Shown in pieces: positions 1 through 9,825 of a DNA stretch of 56,673 nucleotides. Each line of letters opens with the position of its first letter. The stretch's first letter is position 1. The stretch is from assembly GCA_937915825.1 (NCBI GenBank), contig CALGGT010000043.1, positions 1 through 56,673 of the forward strand. Reading direction: 5' to 3'. A model generated the notes under the pieces. It did not search any database and was not told the DNA's origin. It worked only from the letters and a program-made list of their open reading frames with translations. The position numbers were made by a program, and so were the translations under genes. The DNA is from an uncultured Eubacterium sp. (GTDB lineage: Bacteria > Bacillota > Clostridia > Lachnospirales > Lachnospiraceae).

Positions 1-1
1 T

Positions 2-1153
2 CTTAAAAGAGCCTTTGAAACTGCACATCTTGTTCTCGGTGAACTAAAAGAGCAGCCTGAAATCATAATAGATGACAGCTATGAATATCCTGATGCTCCG
101 GCAGCTATGCTAAATGATGATACTATACCTGCCGAAATTGTCTTTGACCGGGCAACCAATCATGTATATCTTCCCAGGTCTGATTCAGGCAAAGCGATCC
201 ATATTGAACGCGAAACCTACAATGATATGAAAGAGCAGCTTAAAAGCAGTCCCTCAGCCAATCTGCACAAAATGCCGGAAAGAGAGACATCGGATTTCAG
301 GCAGAAAAAAGGCTACAAAAAACTGCTCGCCAATTACTCGGCATCATTAAAATCCACCAGAAATATCTTTGCCCGGATAAAAGAAGGAGAAAATATCAGT
401 GACTCTGAATTTGTTTCCGTTGTTGATACAGCCTTTGATATGGACAACGGCTCCTTTTCCCTTTTTGAATGGTTTAATATCATAAGAGACTTAAACGACC
501 CCATATATGCGCAGGGATTAAATGCAGCCCTTCTCTGCAGGGCCCTTGGAAAATGGCTCTCATTACCGGAGGCAGATTGCAACATCCTGGCGGTCTGCGG
601 TTTTCTGCATGATATCGGTAAACTTACAATTGATCCGGAAATCCTAAACAAACCCGGGGGGCTTAGTAATGACGAATTAACCATCATACGCTCTCATCCG
701 ATGGCAGGCTTTGATATGGTCAAAACTCTAGAAATAGATCCAAGAGTTAAAAAGTCCATTCTACAGCACCATGAAAGAAATGACGGCAGCGGTTATCCTT
801 TCCACAGAAAGCAGGATGAAATCCATCCCTTTGCTCAGATTACCGCTATCTGCGACGTGTATATAGCAATGACTTCCGGCAGAAGCCATCGCAAATCCCT
901 ATGCCCGTTTGATGTTATGCATGAGCTCGAAAAAACCGGAATGGCTGAGTTTAACGGCAGATATCTTTTCACCTTCCTTGAAAACATAGCTACCGCATAC
1001 CAAAAGAGTACGATAATACTTAATGACGGCAGATACGGAAGCATAGTAATGTTAAACCGTAACAACTATTCAAGCCCCGTAGTACAGCTCGAAGATGATA
1101 CCTTCATAGATCTCTCACAAACTCCGGAGCTTTACATAACAGGCATAAAATAA
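2..1153 (+). CDS. HD-GYP domain protein (putative c-di-GMP phosphodiesterase), 5'-partial
   Basis: HDIGK and HHERNDGSGYP motifs. The frame is open from position 2, so the true start may lie outside the window. Confidence 0.85.
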   Translation, partial: LKRAFETAHLVLGELKEQPEIIIDDSYEYPDAPAAMLNDDTIPAEIVFDRATNHVYLPRSDSGKAIHIERETYNDMKEQLKSSPSANLHKMPERETSDFRQKKGYKKLLANYSASLKSTRNIFARIKEGENISDSEFVSVVDTAFDMDNGSFSLFEWFNIIRDLNDPIYAQGLNAALLCRALGKWLSLPEADCNILAVCGFLHDIGKLTIDPEILNKPGGLSNDELTIIRSHPMAGFDMVKTLEIDPRVKKSILQHHERNDGSGYPFHRKQDEIHPFAQITAICDVYIAMTSGRSHRKSLCPFDVMHELEKTGMAEFNGRYLFTFLENIATAYQKSTIILNDGRYGSIVMLNRNNYSSPVVQLEDDTFIDLSQTPELYITGIK

Positions 1154-1182
1154 GACCGGAAAAATCCGGTCTTTTATTTATG
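1144..1182. terminator. Bidirectional intrinsic terminator between the convergent HD-GYP gene and murA
   Basis: AAGACCGGA-AAAA-TCCGGTCTT hairpin with A/T-rich flanks on both sides. Confidence 0.8.
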
Positions 1183-2470
1183 ATATTCTTAATGTAAACT
1201 TCTTAATCTCTTTTTCGGATGATACCTTTTCTATGTGAGCTCCAAGTCCTGCAAGTTTTTTCTCAAAATCCTCATATCCTCTTTCAACATAGTAAATATC
1301 ATCTACTACCGTAATGCCTTCTGCCGCAAGTCCGGCGATTACAAGAGCTGCTCCGGCTCTAAGGTCAGGCGCCGCAACCCGCGCTCCGGTATATTTCTCC
1401 ACACCGTTTATTATAGCAGTATTGCCTTCTACCTTGATACTTGCGCCCATTCTGGAAAGTTCATCCACATACCTGAAGCGGTTTTCAAATATGCTTTCCG
1501 TAACTATGCTTGTTCCTTCCGAAATAGCAAGTACCGTAGTAATCTGCGGCTGCATATCCGTAGGATATCCGGGATAGGCAAGTGTCATTACCTGGGTTGA
1601 ACGAAGAGGTTTTGATGCGACAACTCTTACCGCATCATCAAATTCTTCAACTTCGCAGCCCATCTCTATAAGCTTTGCACTTGTAGCCTCGAGATGCTTG
1701 GGGATAACATTTTTTACCATTACATCTCCCTTTGTGGCTGCTGCCGCAAACATAAATGTTCCGGCCTCTATCTGATCGGGTATGATTGAGTATTCTGTTT
1801 TATGGAGCTTTTCTACGCCCTGTACTCTTATTACATCAGTACCGGCGCCCTTAATATTGGCTCCCATACTGTTTAAGAAGTTTGCAACATCTACGATGTG
1901 AGGCTCTTTGGCAGGGTTTTCAATGATCGTTTTCCCCTCTGCCATGCTGGCTGTCATCATTAAGTTGATCGTTGCTCCCACACTGGGGCAATCTAAGTAA
2001 ATATGACTGGCCACCAGACGCTCCGCTCTGGCGTCGATCTTACCATTGTGGATGGTTACGGTTGCCCCTAATTGCTCGAATCCCTTCAAATGCTGATCAA
2101 TGGGACGGGAACCGATCTGGCATCCGCCCGGCAAAGCAACCACTGCCTTCTTGTATTTTCCTAACAATGCTCCTACCAGATAATAGGAACCACGGATCTT
2201 ACGGATGGTCTCCCCATCTACGTGGTAATCTTGAATGGTACTTCCATTGATGGTAACGGTGTGATTGTCCTTATATTCAACGATAGCACCAATGCTCTCC
2301 ATGGCTTCCAGTAAAACCTGAACATCCCGGACATCCGGAAGGTTCTCGATCGTTACCGGCTCATCTGCCATAACCGCAGCTACCAAAATTCCCAACGCCG
2401 CATTTTTCGCCCCCCCAATCGCGATTTCACCTTGTAACGGGGTGCCACCTTTAATGATATAACGTTTCAT
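1178..2470 (-). CDS. murA: UDP-N-acetylglucosamine 1-carboxyvinyltransferase
   Basis: GAKNA, PGGCQIGSRPIDQH (catalytic Cys), YPGYPTDMQ and DLRAGA motifs. Start trimmed to MKRYII. Confidence 0.95.
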   Translation of the reverse strand: MKRYIIKGGTPLQGEIAIGGAKNAALGILVAAVMADEPVTIENLPDVRDVQVLLEAMESIGAIVEYKDNHTVTINGSTIQDYHVDGETIRKIRGSYYLVGALLGKYKKAVVALPGGCQIGSRPIDQHLKGFEQLGATVTIHNGKIDARAERLVASHIYLDCPSVGATINLMMTASMAEGKTIIENPAKEPHIVDVANFLNSMGANIKGAGTDVIRVQGVEKLHKTEYSIIPDQIEAGTFMFAAAATKGDVMVKNVIPKHLEATSAKLIEMGCEVEEFDDAVRVVASKPLRSTQVMTLAYPGYPTDMQPQITTVLAISEGTSIVTESIFENRFRYVDELSRMGASIKVEGNTAIINGVEKYTGARVAAPDLRAGAALVIAGLAAEGITVVDDIYYVERGYEDFEKKLAGLGAHIEKVSSEKEIKKFTLRIS

Positions 2471-2499
2471 CCAAAAACTCCTATCTTCATGACTATTTC

Positions 2500-3069
2500 T
2501 TAGTTTTTTTTTCGAACCGAATAGCCAAACGTTCCAATTTTCTCTCCCAGCGGGCAATAGGCCCCGTGGGAATATGCAATCAAACCGGTGTCTTCCAGGT
2601 TGAATTTCCCGGAGTCCGTCATATATTCCTCACTGACTAATACGCCCACTACCTCTGCCATAAACATGTGATGGCTTCCTAACTTCAATACGTCTGTCAC
2701 CTTACACTCAATATTCACGGGGCTTTCTTCAATGATCGGCGCATATTCCAAATGCTTTGCCTCCCCCGGTGTAAGCTTCATTTCTTTAAATTTGTCCCAT
2801 TTTTCTCCGGAACGAACGCCGCACCAATCCGCTGCCCTTACCAGATCTCTGGTGGTAAGATTGATCACGAACTCTCCGGTATCCCGGATCAACTGGTAGG
2901 AATAACGAGAGGGACGAACCGATATGGATACCATAACCGGATCGGAACATATGGTTCCTGTCCAGGCAATGGTGAGTATGTTATTCTTCCCTTTTTTTGT
3001 GGCACAGCTGACCATAACAGCCGGCACGGGATATAACATATTTCCCGGTCTCCATTCCAACTTTGACAT
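2500..3069 (-). CDS. Flavin reductase / flavoredoxin family protein
   Basis: LYPVPAVMVS, SVRPSRYSY, GEFVINL, ECKV and GSHHMF motifs. Confidence 0.88.
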   Translation of the reverse strand: MSKLEWRPGNMLYPVPAVMVSCATKKGKNNILTIAWTGTICSDPVMVSISVRPSRYSYQLIRDTGEFVINLTTRDLVRAADWCGVRSGEKWDKFKEMKLTPGEAKHLEYAPIIEESPVNIECKVTDVLKLGSHHMFMAEVVGVLVSEEYMTDSGKFNLEDTGLIAYSHGAYCPLGEKIGTFGYSVRKKN

Positions 3070-3103
3070 AAGCCCCTCCTACCGGCATTCTTATAAGCAA
3101 ACT

Positions 3104-5827
3104 TTATAAACGAACTTTATAAGCAAATTTCTTTTCCAATTCGCTGTGGTCGCTTAGAAACTCATCCATTTCTTCGTATTGTCCTTCCAACACGATCACA
3201 ACCTGGTTGCCATATTGATCCATTAACTTGCTCAGTCTGGACACACTGATTTCGGACAATTTCGGGGCATTCATCACATAGATGCATCCACCCAGGAATT
3301 TCTCGATCCATTCTTCAATGTCTACTTCCTCAAAATCCTCTGCTGCAATCTTACCGATTCCGGTTGCCTCAAAGTAGTCCATCTTACGAAGCTCTTTAAA
3401 TAACCGCTTCGCCACAGCCAGGGAAATACCTTCTTCTCCCCCTGCCAGAGCAAAATGAATGGTTTGACCTTCCTCCCGCATTCGATAGATCGTGCCCTTT
3501 AACGTACAATATCCGATTCCATTGGGGGACAATTCTTCATAAACATTGGGCTTTAACAATGCATCGGTTTGTTCCAATGTTTGTTTTCGAACCTCTTGCT
3601 GCATATTCTCCAAACTTAAGGTTTTATCCAAACTCTCAACCGGTTGTTTCCTGGCGTTCATCATTTCCAGCTGTTGATCCAGGGTAACATCCATGGTATT
3701 ATACATATCCGGATGTTCTTTGCGCAACAGGTTCCGTTCCTGATCCATAATGTTTCCGATCTGTGCCCCCAAATGTTCTCTGGTCTTCTGCGCACGCAGA
3801 TCACTTTCCGTCACCATACTATTCTCATTCACTTCCATGGATTCCAAGTCCTTATCCAGGGAAGGGATCTCCGGTTCCTTATTCGTCGCTTCTTCTACTG
3901 GATCCGGTTCCGGTTCCGATTTAGGCTTAGGCGCCACCTCTGACTCTTGAGATATTTTTTCCTTTTTACGATTCTTCTTACGTTTATTCTTTTTGGAGTT
4001 TTTCTTCCTGCTGAAAGCAGGTTGTTCCTCGACGACCTCTTCTGCCAGGTTCGACTCCGGCTCTTCCGTTTTTTCCGCCGCTTTGGTCTCTTCCACGTCC
4101 GTCTGAGGCGTCTCCACTCCTTCTTCTTCTAATTGTTCTTCTTCCCGGACCTTTTCTTCTTCAGCCGCTTCTTCTTCAAATTCAGCCAGTGTTTCGGTTT
4201 CATCTTCCGGATCCGACTCAAAATCTTCTTCCTCTGAAAAAGGTTCTTCCCCTTCTTCCTCTCCACCGATCACTGTAAGTTCCGGCGTTTCCACAAGATC
4301 TAACACATCTTCCTGGGGTTCGTCTCCCTCTCCTTCTCCCCACTCTTCCTCGGAGATCCAGAAGAAATCAACGACTCTTTTCCAGAACCCTTTTTTCTTA
4401 GGCTTATCCGGTTCTGTATTTTCCCGTGGTTCATCGGAAGAATCCGGAATTTCATCCTTTTCCGAACCGGCCTTCAATTCCGCTACTCCAACGGACGCAA
4501 CCCCTTCCGTAATGGGCTCCGGTTCCGGTCCTTCCTCGGTTTCCGACTCTTCCTCTACTTCCATTTCGTTTTCCAGCTCTTCTTCAACTTCCGCTTCGGT
4601 TTCCGGCTCTTCCTCAGCTTCCGCTTCGTTTTCCAGCTCTTCTTCAACTTTCGCTTCTTTTTCCAACTCTTCCTCAGCTTCCGCTTCGGTTTCCGACTCT
4701 TCCTCTACTTCATCCTCAACTTCCACCTTAGATTCTTCTTCATCTACAAGTTCCTCTTGTGCTTCCTCTTCTTCCGCCTCGACAGGCTCCTCTGTTTCTT
4801 CTACAGATTCTGAAGTCGTCGGATCATGTTCTGCATCATCTGCATCCAGTTCTTCAGCTTCCTGGTCTGCCTCTTCACTTGATTGATCTTGACCCGACGT
4901 TTCCTCTGCCTCCGTATCTTCTTGAGCTTCCCCGGCAGCTTCTTTATCTTCTTCCAAAGGTTCCGGATCTTCCTGGTCAGCTTCTGGAGCTTCCGCGGCA
5001 GCTTCTTGAGCCTCCGTGACAGCTTCTTGCTCGTCTTTCGGATCTTCTGCCATTGCTTCTTGCTTTTCTTCCGCTGACTCATCCACCAACACCTCTTTCT
5101 CAGGTTGGATTCCTTCCGATACTCTAGCCTCCGATACGGTGGAAGGGGAGGAAATCTCTGTGATGGTAACCGGTGCCTGCGCCACACGAATATCGCTTTC
5201 CTCTTCCTCGTACATCTCAACATCCGGAATCTTTTCTTCCTCCGGCTTCTTCCAATCGGAACTTAAGCACCGTTCTCTTAATTCCATGGCTTTGTCAACG
5301 ATCTTACCGCTGCCAAACCATATTTTCACATCTTCACATTCTTTGATGCATAAATCCCTGAGTCCTTCCATCTCATAGAGCCGGGCCAGTTGATACCCCC
5401 ACTCCTCTGTATGCTCGTTCGCCTTTAATTCTTGCAGGATTTGGATCAACTCACTGCGGGAGGCTCCCTCGGCACACAACAAACGATATTTTAATTCATA
5501 GGTATCCAGGGAATATTTTGATTTCTTCTCATATTCATAAAAAAGCTCTCTTGCTTCCTCCGTATCTCCCATACTGATCAACAACAAAATTAAACGGTAT
5601 AAAGATGGCTTGGAGCCGGTTCTTTCATATACCGTGTAATATAGTTCTTTTGCCCGATCTAATTTTTCTGCTTTCAAAAACAATTCTGCAAACTCATAAA
5701 TATCATAAATAGACGGAATCTTTTGAAAATCTAACTCTTCAATTTCTTCCATCGCATCCAGGTATTGATTCTGATCGATCAAATCATGAATTTGTTCACA
5801 TCGAATATTAATATCATATCTTCCCAT
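3104..5827 (-). CDS. Large acidic protein: N-terminal TPR-like helices, long Glu-rich low-complexity middle, C-terminal degenerate AAA-like domain
   Basis: Long clean ORF. Start taken at MGRYDI. Domain layout read from the translation. Confidence 0.75.
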   Translation of the reverse strand: MGRYDINIRCEQIHDLIDQNQYLDAMEEIEELDFQKIPSIYDIYEFAELFLKAEKLDRAKELYYTVYERTGSKPSLYRLILLLISMGDTEEARELFYEYEKKSKYSLDTYELKYRLLCAEGASRSELIQILQELKANEHTEEWGYQLARLYEMEGLRDLCIKECEDVKIWFGSGKIVDKAMELRERCLSSDWKKPEEEKIPDVEMYEEEESDIRVAQAPVTITEISSPSTVSEARVSEGIQPEKEVLVDESAEEKQEAMAEDPKDEQEAVTEAQEAAAEAPEADQEDPEPLEEDKEAAGEAQEDTEAEETSGQDQSSEEADQEAEELDADDAEHDPTTSESVEETEEPVEAEEEEAQEELVDEEESKVEVEDEVEEESETEAEAEEELEKEAKVEEELENEAEAEEEPETEAEVEEELENEMEVEEESETEEGPEPEPITEGVASVGVAELKAGSEKDEIPDSSDEPRENTEPDKPKKKGFWKRVVDFFWISEEEWGEGEGDEPQEDVLDLVETPELTVIGGEEEGEEPFSEEEDFESDPEDETETLAEFEEEAAEEEKVREEEQLEEEGVETPQTDVEETKAAEKTEEPESNLAEEVVEEQPAFSRKKNSKKNKRKKNRKKEKISQESEVAPKPKSEPEPDPVEEATNKEPEIPSLDKDLESMEVNENSMVTESDLRAQKTREHLGAQIGNIMDQERNLLRKEHPDMYNTMDVTLDQQLEMMNARKQPVESLDKTLSLENMQQEVRKQTLEQTDALLKPNVYEELSPNGIGYCTLKGTIYRMREEGQTIHFALAGGEEGISLAVAKRLFKELRKMDYFEATGIGKIAAEDFEEVDIEEWIEKFLGGCIYVMNAPKLSEISVSRLSKLMDQYGNQVVIVLEGQYEEMDEFLSDHSELEKKFAYKVRL
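4537..4750. repeat. In-frame 30-bp (10-aa) degenerate tandem repeat, EAEAEEELEN-like
   Basis: Units such as ttccgcttcggtttccggctcttcctcagc and ttccgcttcgttttccagctcttcttcaac recur with period 30. Confidence 0.85.
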
Positions 5828-5864
5828 AATTCTAGAATCATCCTTAAAAAACATTAAATAAAAA

Positions 5865-6129
5865 TCCGTGCGCCTCACGTCGAATTACTCTGGTGGAACG
5901 TTACCGACACAGTTAACTCATTTCAGGCACCCTCACGACACATAAAAATCATCGCTTAGTGCTGCTTCATTCCTGACCTGACACGGTTCACAAGTTCCTA
6001 TTGCGCAAGACCCGAAAGTCAACGCCACTTGCACCGGGCAGCTTCCCTTCGAATAACCCTCTGTAAGACATCACCCCTGCTATAGCGGATTGCAGGTTCA
6101 GGGCACCGCTAACTCCCCGGCTGCACGGA
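5865..6129 (-). ncRNA. ffs: Large bacterial signal recognition particle RNA (scRNA)
   Basis: Minus strand has the Alu-domain start GGGGAGTTAGCGGTGCCCTGAACCTGCAATCCGCT and helix-8 motif GTGTCAGGTCAGGAATGAAGCAGCAC. The ends pair (TCCGTGC...GCACGGA). Confidence 0.95.
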
Positions 6130-6188
6130 AATGTTATAACGAATTTCACCTGTATGGCTCTTCAACGCACAAAGACCCATACTCTTAA

Positions 6189-6217
6189 AGTATAAAGGTT
6201 TTTTCGTAGCATGTCAA
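6189..6217 (-). promoter_or_regulatory. Sigma-A promoter of the SRP RNA
   Basis: TTGACA-17 bp-TATACT. Confidence 0.8.
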
Positions 6218-6244
6218 GTTTGTTATGGGATTTTATGCTAAATC

Positions 6245-6260
6245 GGCTGTGAATCGTAAC
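6245..6260. repeat. Isolated end motif of the dispersed structured element
   Basis: GGCTGTGAATCGTAAC, the exact reverse complement of 10875-10890 and identical to 15784-15799. Confidence 0.8.
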
Positions 6261-6319
6261 CGCCCCCATCATTGGGGCTGCCGCTGTTCCGCGGGAAAGT
6301 CTTTCCGAACCGTTCGGTC

Positions 6320-7153
6320 CTATTTTTTAAGATAAAATCGGGATAATTTCCCCGACAAATCCCAATCCAGTCGAAATACGGTTTTTATGATCCATATGAA
6401 AATAAATACCACCAACAGGGGGATCAGGCAAGATGTAACGATTAAAACCGCCAACGCCTCCAGCATATGATTTAAAATATTCTTCAATTCATCCATTTTT
6501 TCACTGGCGCCGTCCTTCACATTGGAAATAAGATTACTGAACCAGTTCTCGTTCGATGTATCCGAACTGTTTTCACTTTCCGATTGTTTGCTTTCCTCCT
6601 CTACGGAAGCCTCTGCCTGATCCAGGATCTCCTGAATGGAGGAACCGAAGTTCTTTTCAATATTTGACGATATCCCCACACTGATCGGGATGATCAACGC
6701 CAAGGCCACTCCAAAGAAGATCATTTTTCCACACCATTTTTGAAGGGTGTCCCTTTCCTTTCGGAACCAAGAGAAGGCAAGAACCAGTGTCGCAATGGGA
6801 ATCACCAACCGAAAGGAGATAAATCCAATGATGGTTAACATAAATTTTTCCAGATAGATTGCGCAGATCACAACTAGAAAATACGCACTGACATCTGCTA
6901 ATTTATCCGCAATCGGCGTACCTACATCCCCCGGGATCAAGGTGATCGCTGCGGATGACGCCGTTGAAACTCCTACTAATTTCAGCACTTTATCCTTGGA
7001 TTGATCTAGCGTGGTTGTAATCCGGGAATAGGTATCAATATTGGTGAGCTTATTCCCCAAAAAAATAAAGATCGTAACAGCGGCTGCTACGGATAAAATT
7101 ACAAAAATCCATTCTTTTCCTTGCGGCTTCCGAAGTGAACATTCATCTTTCAT
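6320..7153 (-). CDS. Hypothetical multi-pass membrane protein
   Basis: 277 aa with about five hydrophobic segments and a Ser/Glu-rich loop. No family recognised. Confidence 0.75.
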   Translation of the reverse strand: MKDECSLRKPQGKEWIFVILSVAAAVTIFIFLGNKLTNIDTYSRITTTLDQSKDKVLKLVGVSTASSAAITLIPGDVGTPIADKLADVSAYFLVVICAIYLEKFMLTIIGFISFRLVIPIATLVLAFSWFRKERDTLQKWCGKMIFFGVALALIIPISVGISSNIEKNFGSSIQEILDQAEASVEEESKQSESENSSDTSNENWFSNLISNVKDGASEKMDELKNILNHMLEALAVLIVTSCLIPLLVVFIFIWIIKTVFRLDWDLSGKLSRFYLKK

Positions 7154-7181
7154 TCTTATTCTCCGTTTCTTCTAAATTGAG

Positions 7182-7215
7182 AAAACCCCACAGAGAATCT
7201 AACTCTGTAGGGTTT
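7182..7215 (-). terminator. Terminator after rplL
   Basis: AAACCCTACAGAG...CTCTGTGGGGTTTT hairpin on the minus strand. Confidence 0.7.
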
Positions 7216-7239
7216 GTATCTTTCTTTTTTGACACGAAA

Positions 7240-7605
7240 TTATTTCAAAGTTACCTTAGCGCCTTCTGCTTCAACTTTCTCTTTAATCTCGTTTGCTTCG
7301 TCCTTCGAAGCGCCTTCCTTCAATACCTTGGGAGCTTCATCAACAACAGCCTTTGCTTCTTTTAAGCCAAGTCCGGTTACTTCACGAACAACCTTGATCA
7401 CTTTAACTTTGTTCGGTCCAACTTCTGTAAGCTCTACATCAAAGGAATCTTTTTCCTCTGCGCCGCCTGCTTCTCCGCCTGCTGCTGCTACTACAACACC
7501 TGCTGCTGCCGATACGCCAAACTCTTCCTCACAAGCTTTTACTAAATCGTTCAGCTCTAATACGCTCATTTTTTTAATCTCATCGATAAATTCTTGCGTT
7601 GTCAT
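7240..7605 (-). CDS. rplL: 50S ribosomal protein L7/L12
   Basis: [28 protein letters not shown]. Confidence 0.97.
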   Translation of the reverse strand: MTTQEFIDEIKKMSVLELNDLVKACEEEFGVSAAAGVVVAAAGGEAGGAEEKDSFDVELTEVGPNKVKVIKVVREVTGLGLKEAKAVVDEAPKVLKEGASKDEANEIKEKVEAEGAKVTLK

Positions 7606-7649
7606 AATTATTCCTCCATTAAAATTTTTTTATCTGTTTGATTCTGAAA

Positions 7650-8276
7650 TTATTCTTCCGTTTTTTCTTCCGCTGCATCTTCTGCCGGTGCTTCCGCTGC
7701 TGCTTCTTCTGCCGGTGCTTCCGCTGCTGCCTCTTCCGCCGGTGCTTCCGCTTCTGCTTCTACCGGAGCTTCCTCTGCGGGAGCATCTTCTGCCGGTGCC
7801 GCCTCTGCGATCTGGTTAAGCACACGAGCAAAGTTGGTGATCGGGGATTGCAAACTTCCCAACAATTTGGAGATCAATTCGTCTCTGGAAGGGATCTTTG
7901 CCAATACCTGAATGCCATCCACATCATAGTAAGTTCCGCCAACGACCGCACTCTTAAACTCTAAAGATTCAATCTCTTTTACATATTTACTTAAGATACG
8001 TGCCGGCGCGGTTTCATCATCCTGGGAGAACGCCACTGCCGTAGGTCCTTCCAAATCTTTGGATAATTGTTCAAAATCGGTTCCTTCAAATGCACGAGTG
8101 AGCATGGTATTCTTATATACTTTGTATACAATACCTTCATCTCTCAACTCTTTACGAAGTTTGGTATCCTGCTCAACGGTTAATCCACGATAGTCAACCA
8201 AAACTGCAGCTTTCGCTTGATCCGAATAAGATTTGATCTCTTCGATGATGGGCTGTTTCAATTCAACCTTAGCCAT
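7650..8276 (-). CDS. rplJ: 50S ribosomal protein L10 with an Ala/Glu/Pro-rich C-terminal extension
   Basis: DYRGLTV, KVYKNT, LEGPTAVAF, and position before rplL. Confidence 0.96.
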   Translation of the reverse strand: MAKVELKQPIIEEIKSYSDQAKAAVLVDYRGLTVEQDTKLRKELRDEGIVYKVYKNTMLTRAFEGTDFEQLSKDLEGPTAVAFSQDDETAPARILSKYVKEIESLEFKSAVVGGTYYDVDGIQVLAKIPSRDELISKLLGSLQSPITNFARVLNQIAEAAPAEDAPAEEAPVEAEAEAPAEEAAAEAPAEEAAAEAPAEDAAEEKTEE

Positions 8277-8339
8277 GTTTTTACCTCCTTATTTATTTTT
8301 CCCGGGATCGCATCCCAGGTGAATACTGCCGGAGTTTAT

Positions 8340-8456
8340 AAAAAACCCCTTTCTTCCGCATGAGAAGAAAGGGGAATTATCATTCATTCCTTATACTCCT
8401 CGGTAGGCGGTGCAAAACACTTACATCAAATCTGATACCTACTGTCTACGGCAGTC
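8340..8456 (-). promoter_or_regulatory. Ribosomal protein L10 leader with attenuator hairpin
   Basis: CCGTAGACAGTAGGT...CCTACCGAGG motif followed by CCCCTTTCTTC...GAAGAAAGGGGTTTTTT, upstream of rplJ. Confidence 0.88.
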
Positions 8457-8553
8457 ATGTGTTATATTAACATACCGGTCTCCCGGTTGTCAACCTTTTT
8501 TTGAGAACTGTACGAATTTACCTGAGAACGGTCAGGAATTTCCTCGACTGTTT

Positions 8554-9246
8554 TTAAGCAAATTGCGCAGGATTAACCTTGATTCCAGGGCCCATGGTGC
8601 TGGCAATGGTTACGCTCTTCATGTACTGCCCCTTTGCGCTGGCAGGTTTTGCCTTTACGATCGCATCCATCAAAGTATCCAAATTCTCTTTTAATTGCTC
8701 CTCTGTGAAAGAAGCCTTACCAACCGGGCAATGGATAATGTTGGCTTTATCCAAACGATACTCAACCTTACCGGCTTTGATATCGTTTACTGCCTTGGTT
8801 ACATCCATGGTTACCGTTCCGGCTTTCGGGTTAGGCATTAAACCTTTCGGTCCCAATACACGACCCAAACGTCCTACAACACCCATCATATCCGGGGTTG
8901 CAACAACAACGTCGAAATCCAACCATCCTTCATTTTGAATCTTAGGAATCAACTCTTCGCCTCCGACGAAATCCGCTCCGGCTTCCTGTGCTTCATTTAC
9001 CTTATCGCCTTTTGCAAATACTAAGACGCGAACGGATTTACCGGTTCCATTGGGAAGAACAACTGCGCCACGAACCTGCTGATCCGCATGACGACCATCT
9101 ACGTTTAAGCGTACATGGGCTTCCACGGTCTCATCAAATTTAGCCGTAGCCGTCTTCTTAACAAGTGCAACAGCTTCCGTCACTTCATAAAGTACGGTTC
9201 TATCCACTAATTTTGCACTCTCTTGGTATTTCTTACCTTTTTTCAT
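8554..9246 (-). CDS. rplA: 50S ribosomal protein L1
   Basis: [29 protein letters not shown]. Confidence 0.97.
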   Translation of the reverse strand: MKKGKKYQESAKLVDRTVLYEVTEAVALVKKTATAKFDETVEAHVRLNVDGRHADQQVRGAVVLPNGTGKSVRVLVFAKGDKVNEAQEAGADFVGGEELIPKIQNEGWLDFDVVVATPDMMGVVGRLGRVLGPKGLMPNPKAGTVTMDVTKAVNDIKAGKVEYRLDKANIIHCPVGKASFTEEQLKENLDTLMDAIVKAKPASAKGQYMKSVTIASTMGPGIKVNPAQFA

Positions 9247-9261
9247 TTTTATAACCTCCTA

Positions 9262-9300
9262 GTGGTGTTAACGAACTATCTTTGTGGATAAGTCTCCCAC
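9262..9300 (-). promoter_or_regulatory. L1-binding autoregulatory site upstream of rplA
   Basis: GTGGGAG...ACACCAC stem immediately before the AGGAGG RBS of rplA. Confidence 0.7.
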
Positions 9301-9358
9301 AACGTTTCATTTGTCCATTAAGTCTTTGCGATGCTTAAATTCGATTTTTATGAGATTC

Positions 9359-9784
9359 TCAATCTTTTACCGTGATTCCCATACTTCTCGCGGTACCAGC
9401 GATCATGCTGATGGCCGTCTCCATGCTTCCGGCATTTAAGTCCGGCATTTTAATTTCCGCGATCTTTTGCAACTCATCTTTGGTAATGGTTGCAACCTTT
9501 GCCTTATTCGGCTCTCCGGATCCTTTTTCAATCTTACAAGCCTTCTTCAATAATACAGCTGCCGGAGGAGTCTTCGTGATGAAGCTAAAGCTTCTGTCCG
9601 CATAAACGGTGATCACAACCGGAATGATCATTCCATCCTGATTTGCCGTTTGTGCGTTAAACTCCTTGGTAAACTGCGCAATATTAATTCCATGCTGTCC
9701 CAAAGCCGGTCCAACCGGGGGTGCCGGTGTAGCTTTACCAGCAGGAATTTGTAATTTTACATATCCTTCAACCTTCTTAGCCAT
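9359..9784 (-). CDS. rplK: 50S ribosomal protein L11
   Basis: [26 protein letters not shown]. Confidence 0.97.
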   Translation of the reverse strand: MAKKVEGYVKLQIPAGKATPAPPVGPALGQHGINIAQFTKEFNAQTANQDGMIIPVVITVYADRSFSFITKTPPAAVLLKKACKIEKGSGEPNKAKVATITKDELQKIAEIKMPDLNAGSMETAISMIAGTARSMGITVKD

Positions 9785-9825
9785 GTTACGTTTCCTCCTA
9801 AGTTAATTCTGTTTCTCAAAGTTTC

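Noticed and set aside
4512..5378. Ser-rich and Arg/Lys-rich alternative-frame ORFs
   Set aside because: Shadows of the GAA-rich low-complexity coding strand.
9283..9291. Perfect DnaA box (TTATCCACA, minus strand) suggesting an origin
   Set aside because: Single site inside the rplA leader, with no box cluster or dnaA nearby.
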